DNA of 64,000 nt from an uncultured Candidatus Rokubacteria bacterium (GTDB lineage Bacteria; Methylomirabilota; Methylomirabilia; Rokubacteriales; CSP1-6), in NCBI GenBank assembly GCA_963762145.1, contig CAVXJS010000015.1, positions 192,001 through 256,000 of the forward strand, read 5' to 3'. Numbering within the stretch: the first letter of the stretch is position 1; each line of letters begins with the position of its first letter. The position numbers and the translations under genes are program-made. Of the stretch, positions 9,662 through 20,246 are shown piece by piece. Below the pieces are notes generated by a model. It searched no databases. It was not told the origin of the DNA and saw only the letters and a program-made list of their open reading frames with translations.

Positions 9662-10903
9662 ATGAGGCGCTCCTACTGCCTCCTGTCCGCCGCCGTCCTG
9701 CTCGCCCTGGGGGTGATCGGCCTCGCCGTGCCCACGCGCGAGTCCGTCCCGCCCGTGGTGACCGAGGCGCCCGGGGCGACACCGGCCCCGGCGGCCTCCG
9801 AGCCCGTCGAGATGGTGCTCAAGCGGGGCGAGACGCTCGAGACCGCGCTGCGCCGGACCGGGGTCGAGCGCACGGACGCGGCCGCGATCGTGGCCGCGCT
9901 GCGAGGCAGCGTCAACATGCGCCGCCTCGCCCCCGGTGAGCGGCTCACCGTGCAGCCCGGCGTCGACGGCAAGCCCGCCGCGATCAGCTACGCCCGCTCC
10001 CCCGCCGAGCGCTACGAGATCCGCCCGGGTCCCGACGGGCGGTGGGCGGTCAACGCGGTGCGCCCCGACGTGGACACGCGCGTGGTCGCGATCATCGGGG
10101 AGGTGCGGGACTCGCTCTTCGCGAGCATGGAGCGGCTCGGAGAGACGGCCGCCCTCACCGCGCGGCTCGTGAACCTCTTCGAGTGGGACTTCGACTTCGC
10201 GGCCGACTCGCTGCCCGGAGACCGCTTCCGCCTCCTGGTGGAGAAGCGCTACGTCGGCGACGACTTCCTGGGATACGGCGACGTGCTCGTCGCGCAGTAC
10301 GCGAGCCACGGGCACTCGCTGCTCACGAGCGTCGCGTTCGACGACACCGCGGGCCGCCGCGAGTACTACGACGCGAGCGGGCGCTCGGTGAAGAAGATGT
10401 TCCTGCGCGCCCCGCTCGACTTCACGCGCGTCACCTCCGGCTTCTCGCACGCGCGCTTCCATCCGGTGCTGGGCGGCTACCGGCCGCACCTCGCAGTGGA
10501 CTACGGGGCCCCGACCGGCACGCCGGTGCGCGCGGTGGCCGACGGAGTGGTCATCCAGGCGGGCTGGAACGGGGGCTACGGCAATTCCATCGCGCTGCGC
10601 CACGGGCGCGGCTACGAGACCATGTACAACCACCTGTCCAAGATCGACGTCCGCCCGGGCCAGCGCGTGCGCCAGCGCCAGATCATCGGCCGCGTCGGCA
10701 GCACCGGGCTGTCGACCGCCCCGCATCTCGACTACCGCGTCCGCAAGGGCGGGGTCCTGGTCAACCCGCTGGGGGAGAAGTTCATTCCCGGCGCGCCCGT
10801 GCCCGCCCACCGCCGCGAGGCGTTCACGGTGCACGTCGACGCCCTCCTGGGGCGGCTCGACGCGCAAGCTCCGTTCCCCGCGCGTCCGCCGGGCCGCTCC
10901 TGA
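9662..10903 (+). CDS. M23 family metallo-endopeptidase (MepM/Csd3-like)
   Basis: HLAVDYGAPTGTPV (HxxxD), YNHLS, STAPHLDY; N-terminal anchor. Confidence 0.92.
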   Translation: MRRSYCLLSAAVLLALGVIGLAVPTRESVPPVVTEAPGATPAPAASEPVEMVLKRGETLETALRRTGVERTDAAAIVAALRGSVNMRRLAPGERLTVQPGVDGKPAAISYARSPAERYEIRPGPDGRWAVNAVRPDVDTRVVAIIGEVRDSLFASMERLGETAALTARLVNLFEWDFDFAADSLPGDRFRLLVEKRYVGDDFLGYGDVLVAQYASHGHSLLTSVAFDDTAGRREYYDASGRSVKKMFLRAPLDFTRVTSGFSHARFHPVLGGYRPHLAVDYGAPTGTPVRAVADGVVIQAGWNGGYGNSIALRHGRGYETMYNHLSKIDVRPGQRVRQRQIIGRVGSTGLSTAPHLDYRVRKGGVLVNPLGEKFIPGAPVPAHRREAFTVHVDALLGRLDAQAPFPARPPGRS

Positions 10904-11724
10904 GGCAGCGCACCGGCTCGAGCCTCTGCTACGCCTGCGGGAAGCTCAACCGCGTGGACGCCGCGGTCTGCTTCTACTGCGGCGCGCGCCGCCCCGGGCT
11001 CTGGGGCTTCGGCCCACTCGCGGGCCGGCTGATCGGCCGGCTCGACTTCGCGCGCGCGGTCACGATCGTGTGTGTGGTGGCCTACGTCGCGTCCATCCTG
11101 CTGGATCCCCGCGCCGCCGCGCAGTTCCGGAACCCATTCGATCTCCTCTCGCCGAGCTCCCGGGCGCTGATCACGCTCGGCATGACCGGTGAGCCCGCGT
11201 GGCGGGCCGGCTGGTGGTGGACGCTGATCACCGCGATCTATCTCCACGGGAGCCTGCTCCACATCGTCTTCAACCTCCTGTGGATCCGTCAGCTCGCGCC
11301 CGCGGTGGAGCAGCTCTTCGGCACCGCCCGGCTCGTGGTCATCTTCACGGCGGGCGGCGTGGCCGGGTTCGTCCTCTCCAACATCGCGAGCGGGACGTGG
11401 ACGATCGGCGCCTCGGGGGCGGTGTTCGGTCTCCTCGGCGCGATGGTCGCCTACGGCCGCACCCGCGGGGGCACCTTCGGAACCGCGGTGTTCCGGCAGT
11501 ACGGCCAGTGGGCGGTGCTGATGTTCATCTTCGGGTTCTTCATGTCCGGCGTGAACAACTGGGGGCACGCGGGCGGCTTCGTGGGCGGCTATCTCGCCGC
11601 GCTCGTGGTGGGCCACGGAGAGCATCGCTCGGAGCGCGGCCTCGATCGGGTGGCCGCACTGGCCACGGTGGGCCTGACCGTCGTGTCCTTCGCGCTCGCC
11701 CTCTGGAACGGCTTCCTCAGATAG
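10900..11724 (+). CDS. Rhomboid intramembrane serine protease with N-terminal double-CxxC zinc ribbon (probable CTG start overlapping the upstream stop)
   Basis: CYACG...CFYCG; HGSLLHIVFN, GASGAVFG, HAGGFVGG. Confidence 0.88.
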   Translation: MRQRTGSSLCYACGKLNRVDAAVCFYCGARRPGLWGFGPLAGRLIGRLDFARAVTIVCVVAYVASILLDPRAAAQFRNPFDLLSPSSRALITLGMTGEPAWRAGWWWTLITAIYLHGSLLHIVFNLLWIRQLAPAVEQLFGTARLVVIFTAGGVAGFVLSNIASGTWTIGASGAVFGLLGAMVAYGRTRGGTFGTAVFRQYGQWAVLMFIFGFFMSGVNNWGHAGGFVGGYLAALVVGHGEHRSERGLDRVAALATVGLTVVSFALALWNGFLR

Positions 11725-11735
11725 CCCCGCCGCGG

Positions 11736-13703
11736 TCAGTCCGCGCGGCCGGCCTCCCGACGGAACGCGTCGATCTGCTCGGGCAGCCCGAACACGCGGA
11801 GCCGATCGCCCGGGCGTAGCTTCGTATCCGCGGAGGGATTCACCACCGCGTCGCCACCCAGCCGCCCCACCGACACCACCGTCACACCGAAGCGCTCGCG
11901 AACCCGCGCCTCGCCGAGCGAAAGGTCGGCGAGCGCGCCCGCGCCCAGCGTGACCTCGTGCACCTCGGGCAACGCCTCCGCGCCGCCGAGCCCACCGCGC
12001 GCGTCGGCGCCGTCCGGGTTCATGGCGTGGCGGAAGCGCGTCAGATAGTCGAGCACCCGCTGCTGCGGCAGGGCGAGCTCGCGGAGCGCGTGACGAATCA
12101 GCGTGGCCGCCGCTTCCAGCTCGGGCTGAATCACCTCGGTGGCGCCCGAGTCGGCCAGCCCGACGCGGCTCGAGGCGCTGTGCGCACGCGCCAGGATCGG
12201 CACCCGCGGGTTCGACGCCCGGACACCCCGCACCGCGAGCTGAGCCCGATCCATCTCGGGCAGCGCCACCACCACGAGCGACGCCCGTCCCGCCCCGGCC
12301 TCCTCGAGAAGGCGCGGCTGCGCGGCGTCGCCAAACAAGCACGGCACCCCGCGCGAGCGAAGGACCCGGACGATGTCCGGATCCCGCTCGATGACGACGA
12401 AGCGGATGCCGAAGGTCTCGAGCGCCTCGCCCACCGCGCTGCCGACGCGGCCGAACCCGCAGAGCACGACGTGCTCCGCCACCGCCCGCTCCACCGCGGG
12501 CGGGGCGGCCCGCTCCTCGACGCCACGGTATCGGGCGATCCAGCCGGGGACGGCGCGCACGAGCACCGCGTTGATCAGGATGGTGACCAGCGAGGCGGCG
12601 AGGGTGGCATTGTAGATCTCGGGACCCACGTGGCCGGACGTGCGCGCGACCTGGACCAGGACGAAGGAGAACTCGCCGATCTGCGTGAGTCCCACTCCGA
12701 CCAGCAGCGCCGTCCAGAAGGACTCCCGGAAGAGCCAGACCACCACCGTCCTCAGCACGAGCTTGCCGACCACGATCATCGCCACCATGGTGGCGAGCAA
12801 CGGAACGTTGGCGAGGAGAGTGGCGGGATCGATCAGCGCCCCGATCGTGACGAAGAACAGCGCGACGAAGACGTCCCGGAGCGGCAAGAGTCGCGCCAGC
12901 GTCTCGTGGGCGTATTCCGAGCCGTTGATGATGAGCCCCGCGAGGAACGCGCCGAGCGCAAGCGATAGCCCGGCGGCCTGGGTGAGCGCCGCCGTCCCTA
13001 GCCCGACCGCGAGCGCAACGAGGAGGAACATCTCGTCGCTGTGCATCCGGGCCACCCGCGTCATCAGGGGTGGGATGAGCTTGGCCGCGACGTAGCCCGC
13101 CGGGATCAGGACCAGCAGCGACTTGCCGAGGGTCAGCGCGATCGTGAGCAGCCGGCCCGGCTCGAGCGTACCGAGCGCCGGGATGAGCACGATCAGGATC
13201 ACCACCGCGAGGTCCTCGACCAGGGTGATGCCGATCATGATGCGACCGTGTCGCGAGTGGAGCTCGCCCCGGTCCATCAGCAGTCGTGCGAGGACCATGG
13301 TGCTGGCCATCGAGATGACGATGCCCGCCATGGCGCCCTGCAGGAGAGGCCATCCCAGCAGGGCGGCCGCGCCCAGCCCCATCGCGACCGAGAGCACGAT
13401 GCCGAGCGGCCCGCCCAGGAGCGCCACCCACTTCACGCGGAGAAGATCGCGCAGCGAGAATTCGATGCCGATCGAGAACATCAGCAGGATGACGCCGATC
13501 TCGGCGAACAGCTCGAACGCATGGAGATCCGAGACCGCGGGCCCCGGCGTGAACGGGCTGATGAAGATTCCCCCCAGGACGTAGCCGAGGATGAGGGGCT
13601 GGCGGGCAAGGCGGGCCACCGCACCACCCGCGACCGCGGCCATGAGCACGTACGCCAGGTCGCGGAAGAAGATGGATTCGGTGACCACGGCCAAGTTTCG
13701 CAT
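11736..13703 (-). CDS. CPA2 cation:proton antiporter with RCK_N and RCK_C domains (YbaL/Kef-like)
   Basis: AEIGVILLMFSIGIEFS, LGAFLAGL, FVALFFVTIG, QIGEFSFV; CGFGRVG Rossmann motif; C-terminal NPSADTKLRPGDRLRVFG. Confidence 0.92.
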   Translation of the reverse strand: MRNLAVVTESIFFRDLAYVLMAAVAGGAVARLARQPLILGYVLGGIFISPFTPGPAVSDLHAFELFAEIGVILLMFSIGIEFSLRDLLRVKWVALLGGPLGIVLSVAMGLGAAALLGWPLLQGAMAGIVISMASTMVLARLLMDRGELHSRHGRIMIGITLVEDLAVVILIVLIPALGTLEPGRLLTIALTLGKSLLVLIPAGYVAAKLIPPLMTRVARMHSDEMFLLVALAVGLGTAALTQAAGLSLALGAFLAGLIINGSEYAHETLARLLPLRDVFVALFFVTIGALIDPATLLANVPLLATMVAMIVVGKLVLRTVVVWLFRESFWTALLVGVGLTQIGEFSFVLVQVARTSGHVGPEIYNATLAASLVTILINAVLVRAVPGWIARYRGVEERAAPPAVERAVAEHVVLCGFGRVGSAVGEALETFGIRFVVIERDPDIVRVLRSRGVPCLFGDAAQPRLLEEAGAGRASLVVVALPEMDRAQLAVRGVRASNPRVPILARAHSASSRVGLADSGATEVIQPELEAAATLIRHALRELALPQQRVLDYLTRFRHAMNPDGADARGGLGGAEALPEVHEVTLGAGALADLSLGEARVRERFGVTVVSVGRLGGDAVVNPSADTKLRPGDRLRVFGLPEQIDAFRREAGRAD

Positions 13704-13774
13704 TGTCGACGCATGGCGCCAAGCCTCGTTTGGGCGGCGGCCGTCGGCGTATACTGCTCGCCGGAGGTGTCTCC

Positions 13775-14200
13775 ATGACCGAGCGACGGAGAGCACCTGC
13801 GGCGGGGCCGCAGGCCAAGATCAAGCAGCTCGAAGCCCGGCTGGCTCGGGTGGAAGCGGACCTCGCGGGCGTACGGAGCACGGCGGCCCGGGGTGGCCTC
13901 ACCCGGGAGCGCCTGGCCGGCATCGAGAAGTCGATGGCCGCGCAGGTGGCCCGCGCCCAGGCCGGGCTCCGCGACTCGGTGAACCGGCTCAGCCGGACGC
14001 TGCTCAGCGCGCGCTCACGCAAGGAGGCGGCGCAGCAGATCGCGCAGGCGCGCCAGAGCGTGAAGAAGTCGCTCGACCGGCTCGGGGAGACGCTCGGCGA
14101 ATCCCAGAAGAAGATCACGCGCGAGGTGAGCCTCCTGACGCGGGGTCTGAAGGCCGGCGTCCAGGCCGGCCGCGCCGCCTACCGGGGGCCCCGCCGCTGA
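13775..14200 (+). CDS. Hypothetical basic alpha-helical protein (phasin-like character)
   Basis: GGAGG RBS; amphipathic helical Ala/Arg/Lys-rich sequence; high-GC3 codon pattern. Confidence 0.6.
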   Translation: MTERRRAPAAGPQAKIKQLEARLARVEADLAGVRSTAARGGLTRERLAGIEKSMAAQVARAQAGLRDSVNRLSRTLLSARSRKEAAQQIAQARQSVKKSLDRLGETLGESQKKITREVSLLTRGLKAGVQAGRAAYRGPRR

Positions 14201-14279
14201 CCGGATTTTCACTTGGCGGCCCCCACGGGTGGGCCGACAATAAGGAGGCCGGGGCTCCAGAGTCCCGAGCGAGGCCGAC

Positions 14280-15680
14280 ATGCGAGCGGTGCTGATCTGT
14301 CCGGATGATCTCCTCGAGCACGTGGTCACGGCCGCGGCCTTCCCGGGCGAGCGGCCGTTGTACCTGGTGTCGCGCGCGAGTCTCCGCACGCGGCTCGCGC
14401 GGCGGGGCGACCGGGCGGTGGCCGGCAAGGTGACGCAGGCCGCCTTCCTGCACGAGGCCTTCAAGGGTGGGCGCGGGCCGGTGGTGGTGGCGGCCCCCGC
14501 GGGCCAGCTCGCGCGCGTGATCGCGGCGGTCAAGGAGGCGGTCCCGGACGCGCCCCTGCTGGTGCTCCGCGACGACGACCGGCATGTGTCCAACGCGACG
14601 GTGGTACCGCTGTCGGCCTTCGGCGAGCGCATCGTCCAGCCCGCCCTCGAGCGCGCCACCCAGCGGGCCCGCGCCGAGCGGCTGCGCGCCCACTTCTACG
14701 ACGCCGAGCGCGTCCTGATCCTCATGCAGGACGACCCGGATCCGGACGCCATCGCGTCCGCGCTGGCGCTCAAGACCCTCCTCGGCCGCACCCGCGCGTC
14801 CGCGCCGATGTGCACCTTCGGCACCATCACCCGGCCGGAGAACGTGGCGATGTGCAAGATCCTCGAGATCGAGGTCGAGGCCATCGACGCGGCGGCGCTC
14901 GACCAGTTCGACCGGGTGGCGATGGTGGACGTGCAGCCCTCGTTCCTGGAGGAAGAGAAGCACTTCGGCGAGGTGGACCTGGTGATCGATCACCATCCGG
15001 TCGAGCAGCCGATCCGGGCGCGCCTGAAGGACGTGCGCCCGTCCTACGGCGCGACGTCCACCATCATGGTCGAGTACCTGCGCGCGGCGGACGTCAAGAT
15101 CACCCAGCGGCTGGCCACCGCCCTCCTCTACGGCATCAAGTCGGACACCCTGGGGCTCGAGCGCGGCGGAACCAAGGCGGACCTCGAGGCCTTCACGTAT
15201 CTGTACCTCCTCGCCAACCACAACGCGCTCCGGCGCATCGAGCGGCCGGAGCTCTCCCCCGCGGCCCTCGACGTCCTCGCCCGCGGCCTGGCCAAGCGGC
15301 GCGTCGTGGCAGGCGTGTTCTTCTCGCACCTGGGTCGGGTCGCCACCGTGGACCTCATCCCCCAGTTCGCCGATTTCGGGCTGCAGGCCGAGGGCGTCCA
15401 GTGGTCCGTGGTCTCCGGCGTGGTGGACGACGAAGTGCACGTCTCGGTGCGCAACGTGGGCTACGTGCGGAGCGCGGGCGACGTGACCCGCGCCGCGTTC
15501 GGCGAGCTCGGCATGGCGGGCGGGCACCGGACCATGGCGAAGGCGGTCTTCCCGGTGCGCCATCTCGGCCGCGCGGCGAGCGATCCGGCCGCCAGTGACG
15601 CGTGCCAGGAGCGCATCATCGAGCGCTTCGTGCGGGCGCTGGGCGGCAACGCCAGACTCACGGAGGGCGGCCCGTCATGA
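14280..15680 (+). CDS. DHH/DHHA1 phosphoesterase with a degenerate N-terminal RCK/Rossmann-like domain
   Basis: DDPDPDAIASA, MVDVQ, IDHH, GATST, GIKSDT, AGGH motifs. Confidence 0.88.
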   Translation: MRAVLICPDDLLEHVVTAAAFPGERPLYLVSRASLRTRLARRGDRAVAGKVTQAAFLHEAFKGGRGPVVVAAPAGQLARVIAAVKEAVPDAPLLVLRDDDRHVSNATVVPLSAFGERIVQPALERATQRARAERLRAHFYDAERVLILMQDDPDPDAIASALALKTLLGRTRASAPMCTFGTITRPENVAMCKILEIEVEAIDAAALDQFDRVAMVDVQPSFLEEEKHFGEVDLVIDHHPVEQPIRARLKDVRPSYGATSTIMVEYLRAADVKITQRLATALLYGIKSDTLGLERGGTKADLEAFTYLYLLANHNALRRIERPELSPAALDVLARGLAKRRVVAGVFFSHLGRVATVDLIPQFADFGLQAEGVQWSVVSGVVDDEVHVSVRNVGYVRSAGDVTRAAFGELGMAGGHRTMAKAVFPVRHLGRAASDPAASDACQERIIERFVRALGGNARLTEGGPS

Positions 15681-15982
15681 TCGCCATCTACCTGCTGATG
15701 GCCCTGCTGGGAAGCGCGGCGACGATCTTCGCCCTGCAGAACAGCGGGACGGTCGACATCTCGTTCCTGGCCTGGAGCGTGACCGGCATGCCGGTGGCTC
15801 TCGTGATCCTCCTCTCGCTGCTGCTCGGCGTCGTCTTCGCTTCGCTGAGCGGGGTGGTGAAGATCCTGAAGCTCCGGTACCGGGTCCGGCAGCTCGAGAC
15901 CCAGGTCGCGCAGCTCATCGCCGCCCAGACGCCCCCAAGCTCCGCTCCTCGCGCGCCCCAGGGCCCCTCGCTCCCGTCCTAG
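15677..15982 (+). CDS. LapA/DUF1049 family membrane protein
   Basis: IFALQNSGTVDISFLAW followed by a second TM and a coiled coil; ATGA overlap with the upstream gene. Confidence 0.85.
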   Translation: MIAIYLLMALLGSAATIFALQNSGTVDISFLAWSVTGMPVALVILLSLLLGVVFASLSGVVKILKLRYRVRQLETQVAQLIAAQTPPSSAPRAPQGPSLPS

Positions 15983-15990
15983 GCGGTCCG

Positions 15991-17337
15991 ATGGCCGAAG
16001 GCGCCCGTCTCACCGACACGGTCCAGGATCTCCTGGAGTCGGGGCGGCGCGAGCGCCTGGGCCAGATCCTGGAGGACGCGCACGCCGCGGACATCGCGGC
16101 CGTGCTGCGCGATCTGACCCTCGCCGAGCAGGTGACGGTCTTTCGGCTGCTGGGACGCGAGCTGGCCGGCGAGGTGCTGGCCGAGCTGGACGACCAGCCG
16201 CTGCACGAGCTGGCGCGCGCCCTCGACGAGGGGGAGATCTCGAGCATCCTCGACCGCATGAGGCCGGACGACGCGGCCCAGGTCCTCGAGGATCTGCCCG
16301 CGGAACAGGCCGAGAAGGTGCTGGACCTCATGAAGGAGGAGCGCTCCGAAGAGGTCCAGGAGATTCTCGAGTACGGCGAGAAGACGGCCGGGCGGCTCAT
16401 GTCTCCGGACTTCCTGGCCGTACACGAGCACCTCACCGTGGCCCAGGCCGTCGAGCAGGTGCGGAAGTCTCCGGTCGCCGAGACCGCCTCCACCCTCTAC
16501 GTGGTGGACGACCACGACCACCTGGTCGGCAGCCTGCCCTGGCGCCGACTGGTCACCGCCGACCCGACCGCGCCGGTCCGCTTCCTCCGGCAGGACGAGC
16601 CGGTCCGGGTGACCGCGGACATGGACCAGGAGGAGGTGGCCCGCCTCGTGGCCAAGTACGACCTGGTGGCCGTCCCGGTGATGAGCGCCGATCATCGCCT
16701 GCTGGGCGTCATCACGGTGGACGACGTCATCGACGTCATCCGGGAGGAGGCCACGGAGGACATCCAGCGCCTCGGGGGCGCGGCGGGCGACGAGACCGTG
16801 CTCGACCCGGCCCGGACCGTGTTCCCCAAGCGCCTGATCTGGCTCCTGATCAACCTGGCCACCGCGATCCTGGCCGCCTCCGTCATCGGCCTCTTCGAGG
16901 GTTCGATCCGGGAGCTCGCCCTCCTGGCGATCTTCATGCCCATCGTCGCCTCGATGGGAGGGATCGGCACCACCCAGACCGCCACCGTGGTGGTGCGGGG
17001 GCTGGCGCTGGGGGACATGACCGCGGCGCACCTCTGGCGGGTGGTCCGCAAGGAGACCACCCTGGCCCTGACCATCGGACTGGCCAACGGGCTGGTCATG
17101 GCGGGCATCGCCTACGTCTGGAAGGGGCAGGCCCTCTTGGCCGGGATCATCGCGGTGGCCATGACGCTCAACATGGTCGTTGCGGCGGTCGTCGGGGTGG
17201 TCGTTCCCCTCCTGCTCAAGAGCTTCCGGGTGGACCCGGCCATCGCCTCGAGCGTCATCATCACGACCTTCACCGACGTCTTCGGCTTCTTCTCCTTTCT
17301 CGGGCTCGCCACCCTCCTGATCCGCTTCCTGCTCTAG
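15991..17337 (+). CDS. mgtE: Magnesium transporter MgtE
   Basis: HAADIA N-domain, TAGRLM, CBS pair, GVITVDDVIDV, DPAIASSVIITTFTDVFG. Confidence 0.95.
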   Translation: MAEGARLTDTVQDLLESGRRERLGQILEDAHAADIAAVLRDLTLAEQVTVFRLLGRELAGEVLAELDDQPLHELARALDEGEISSILDRMRPDDAAQVLEDLPAEQAEKVLDLMKEERSEEVQEILEYGEKTAGRLMSPDFLAVHEHLTVAQAVEQVRKSPVAETASTLYVVDDHDHLVGSLPWRRLVTADPTAPVRFLRQDEPVRVTADMDQEEVARLVAKYDLVAVPVMSADHRLLGVITVDDVIDVIREEATEDIQRLGGAAGDETVLDPARTVFPKRLIWLLINLATAILAASVIGLFEGSIRELALLAIFMPIVASMGGIGTTQTATVVVRGLALGDMTAAHLWRVVRKETTLALTIGLANGLVMAGIAYVWKGQALLAGIIAVAMTLNMVVAAVVGVVVPLLLKSFRVDPAIASSVIITTFTDVFGFFSFLGLATLLIRFLL

Positions 17338-17488
17338 CCCCGGCAGCCACGGTAACTTTTACGTCTCGGTCGTGTAAAAACGAAGCAAACTCCTGCCTTT
17401 GGCCTGCCCCGCAACATTTTCCGGGTCCGGACTAGCTGAAAAATCACGACTTCTGATAAAGTACCGCCCCGCTGACCATGACGCGTTC

Positions 17489-17504
17489 TGGCATGCCGGT
17501 TGCG
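17489..17504 (+). promoter_or_regulatory. sigma54 -24/-12 promoter for the glycosyltransferase operon
   Basis: TGGCAT-GCCGG-TTGCG with exact GG-N10-GC spacing; GGTAACTTTTACG at 17351-17363 upstream. Confidence 0.75.
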
Positions 17505-17673
17505 ATGACTTGGCCGTGGAGAACGCCTGACGTTTCAGGCACCTCCGTACCTGGCGCTCGGCGTGGAACCGCTCCCCAGCCTCTTGGATGTCGCTACGGG
17601 CGCACCCACCGAGTGTCTCGAAACCACTACAACTATGGGCCCCCGCCAGGGGTGTCGGAGGAGGATAGGGACC

Positions 17674-20246
17674 GTGAGGCTCGACACGAGGTCGCGCGCC
17701 ATACGGCGCGCGCAGCCCGCCGGCTCCCGCGCTCGGTTGGAAGTTCGCGGGAAGTTCTTCTTCGCTGGAGATGACAAGGTTCCGCTCCGGGGGGTCACCT
17801 ACGGCCCTTTCGCTCCGGACGCGAATGGTTATAGATATCCCGCCCCGGAGGTCGTCGCGCGGGACTTCGCCCTGATGACCGAGCTGGGGGCCAACTGCCT
17901 CCGGCTCTTCACCCCTCCGCCCCGCTGGCTCCTCGACCTGGCCGCAGAGCGAAACCTCTGGGTCCTCGTCGGAATCCCGTGGGCGGAGCACATCTGCTTT
18001 CTCGACTCGGAGGAGATCTCCGATTCGGTCCGCCGCACCGTCACGGACGTGGTCGAGGCCTGCCGCGATCACCCGGCCGTCGGCGCGTTCCTGGTCGGCA
18101 ACGAGATCCCGCCGGACATCGTCCGCTGGTACGGCGCTCCGCGCATCTCCGGGTTCCTGCGTGAGCTGGTCGGCCTGATCAAGCAGATGGAGCCCACCGC
18201 GCTGGTCGGCTACGCCAACTATCCGTCCACCGAATATCTCGAGACCGACTTCACCGATTTCCTCGCGTTCAACGTCTACCTGCACTCGCGAGCCCGAATT
18301 CCGGCAGTATCTCTCGCGGCTGCACAACCTGGCGGGCGACCGGCCGCTGGTGCTCACCGAGTTCGGCATCGACTCGATCCGCGAGGGCGAGGTCGTCCAG
18401 GCCTCGACCCTGTCGTGGCAGGTCCGCACCGCGCTCGAGATGGGCGCGGCCGGCACGGTGGTCTTCTCGTTCACCGACGAGTGGTATCACCGGCGGCTGC
18501 GACATCGCCAACTGGGCTTTCGGGCTCGTCGACCGCGAGCGCCGCAAGAAGCCAGCCTTCCAGGCGGTGCAGCGCTGGTACAGCGCGCCGGGGCTCCCCG
18601 CGCTCTCCGAGTATCCCAAGGTCTCGGTGGTCATCTGCGCCTACAACGCGGAGCCGACCATGGAGGCCTGTCTCGAATCCCTGCGCAACCTTCGCTATCC
18701 CGCCTTCGAGGTCGTGGTCGTGGACGACGGCTCCACCGACCGCACCGGCGCCATCGCGGACAGCTTCGAGGGCTTTCACGTCATCCACCAGCCGAACAAG
18801 GGGCTCAGCGCCGCGCGCAACGTCGGCATCGCGGCGTCGACTCGGCGAGATCGTCGCCTTCACCGACTCGGACTGCGTCGTGGATCCGGACTGGCTGCAC
18901 TACCTGGTCGCGACGTTTCTCCAGACCGGGCTCCCCGCGGTGGGGGGGCCCAACCTGCCGCCGCCCGAAGACTCGATGGTGGCCGCGTGCGTGGCCGCCT
19001 CGCCCGGCGGGCCGACTCAGGTGCTGCTCGACGACGTGGTGGCCGAGCACATCCCGGGCTGCAACATGGCGTTCCGGCGCGAGGTGCTCGACGAGATCGG
19101 CGGCTTCGATCCGATCTACCGCTCGCGCGGGCGACGACGTCGACGTGTGCTGGCGGCTTCAAGACCTGGGCTACCGCATCGGCTTCAGTCCCGCGGCGAT
19201 GGTCTGGCACTTCCGGCGCAACACCATGAAGGCCTACATCGGCCAGCAGAAGGGCTACGGCAAGGCCGAGGCGCTGCTCTACTTCAAGCCACCCTCAGCG
19301 CTTCAACGCGCTCGGCCAGTCGCGCTGGCGCGGGCGCATCTACGGCGGCATCTCCGCCCTCTTCTCGCTGCGCCGGCCCGTCATCTACTGCGGCGTGTTC
19401 GGCCGGGGGCTCTTCCAGACCCTCTACCAGCCGCCCTCCACCGTCCTCTCGCTACCTGCCCTTCACGCTCGAGTGGAACCTGGTCGGAGCCGCCCTCCTC
19501 GTCTACGGGGCCATGAGCGGCGGGTGGGCCTGGCTCGGGGCGGCGCCGATCATGCTCTCCTTCGCCTGCTGCCTCGGGGCGGCCATGCGGGCGCGGGTCG
19601 ACCCGCGTCGCCGACAGCGTCCGCGGACGGCTGCTCATCGCGGTCCTGACGTACTTCGGGCCGCTCCTGCGCTCGCTCGAGCGCTATCGCTGGTGGGTGC
19701 GCGGGCTCACCGCGGCCGAGCCCTCGGAGTCCGAGCGGCCCATGCAGGCGCTGCCCTGGTCGTGGGCGCAGCGCGCGTTCTCGGCCGCGTTCTGGACCGA
19801 GGACGGGCTCGAGAAGGAGACGATCCTCCACGGGCTCGTGGACGCGCTGACGCGGACGGAAGTACTTCGTCCTGGTGGACCAGGGCTGGAGCGAGTGGGA
19901 CCTCGAGGTGCACGGCGGGGTGTGGTCCCGCGGGCGGATCAAGGTGTGCACCGAGAACCACGGCGGCGAGCGACGTGTCCTGCGGGTGCGGTGCGCGCTC
20001 CGGACGTCGCGCCTGGCCCGCGGAGTGCTCGTGGGCGCGGTGGTCATGGCCGGCGCCGGGCTGACGCTCGGGCTACCCATGGTGGCCGCGGCGGGCGTGG
20101 CCGCCGGCGTGGGGACGGCCGCGGGCCTGCTTCGCGAGGCGGTCGGGCTCGGACGCACGCTCTACGACGCGCTCCATGGTGTCGCACGCCGCGCGCGGCT
20201 GCACTATGCGCCGCCGCTCGACGTGCGTGACGCCGTGGTGAAGTGA
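17674..20246 (+). CDS. Fused clan GH-A (GH2-like) TIM barrel + GT2 glycosyltransferase with C-terminal TM helices; interrupted by about 8 single-base insertions (probably sequencing errors)
   Basis: RGVTYGPF, GNEIP, YANYPSTEYL, LTEFG, FTDEW; SVVICAYNAE, VVDDGSTD, FTDSD, GCNMAF, AGDDVD, QQKGYG, spread over successive +1 frames. Confidence 0.85.

Noticed and set aside
10732-14118. 1128-aa minus-strand ORF and similar long Arg/Pro/Gly-rich ORFs (e.g. 40945-45252, 3776-5596)
   Set aside because: Alternative-frame or antisense ORFs expected in ~70% GC DNA; they overlap well-supported genes and lack domains
17563-20064. 833-aa ORF taken as a complete protein, or as programmed frameshifting
   Set aside because: It drifts in and out of the true frame; insertions are scattered without slippery sites, which fits sequencing error
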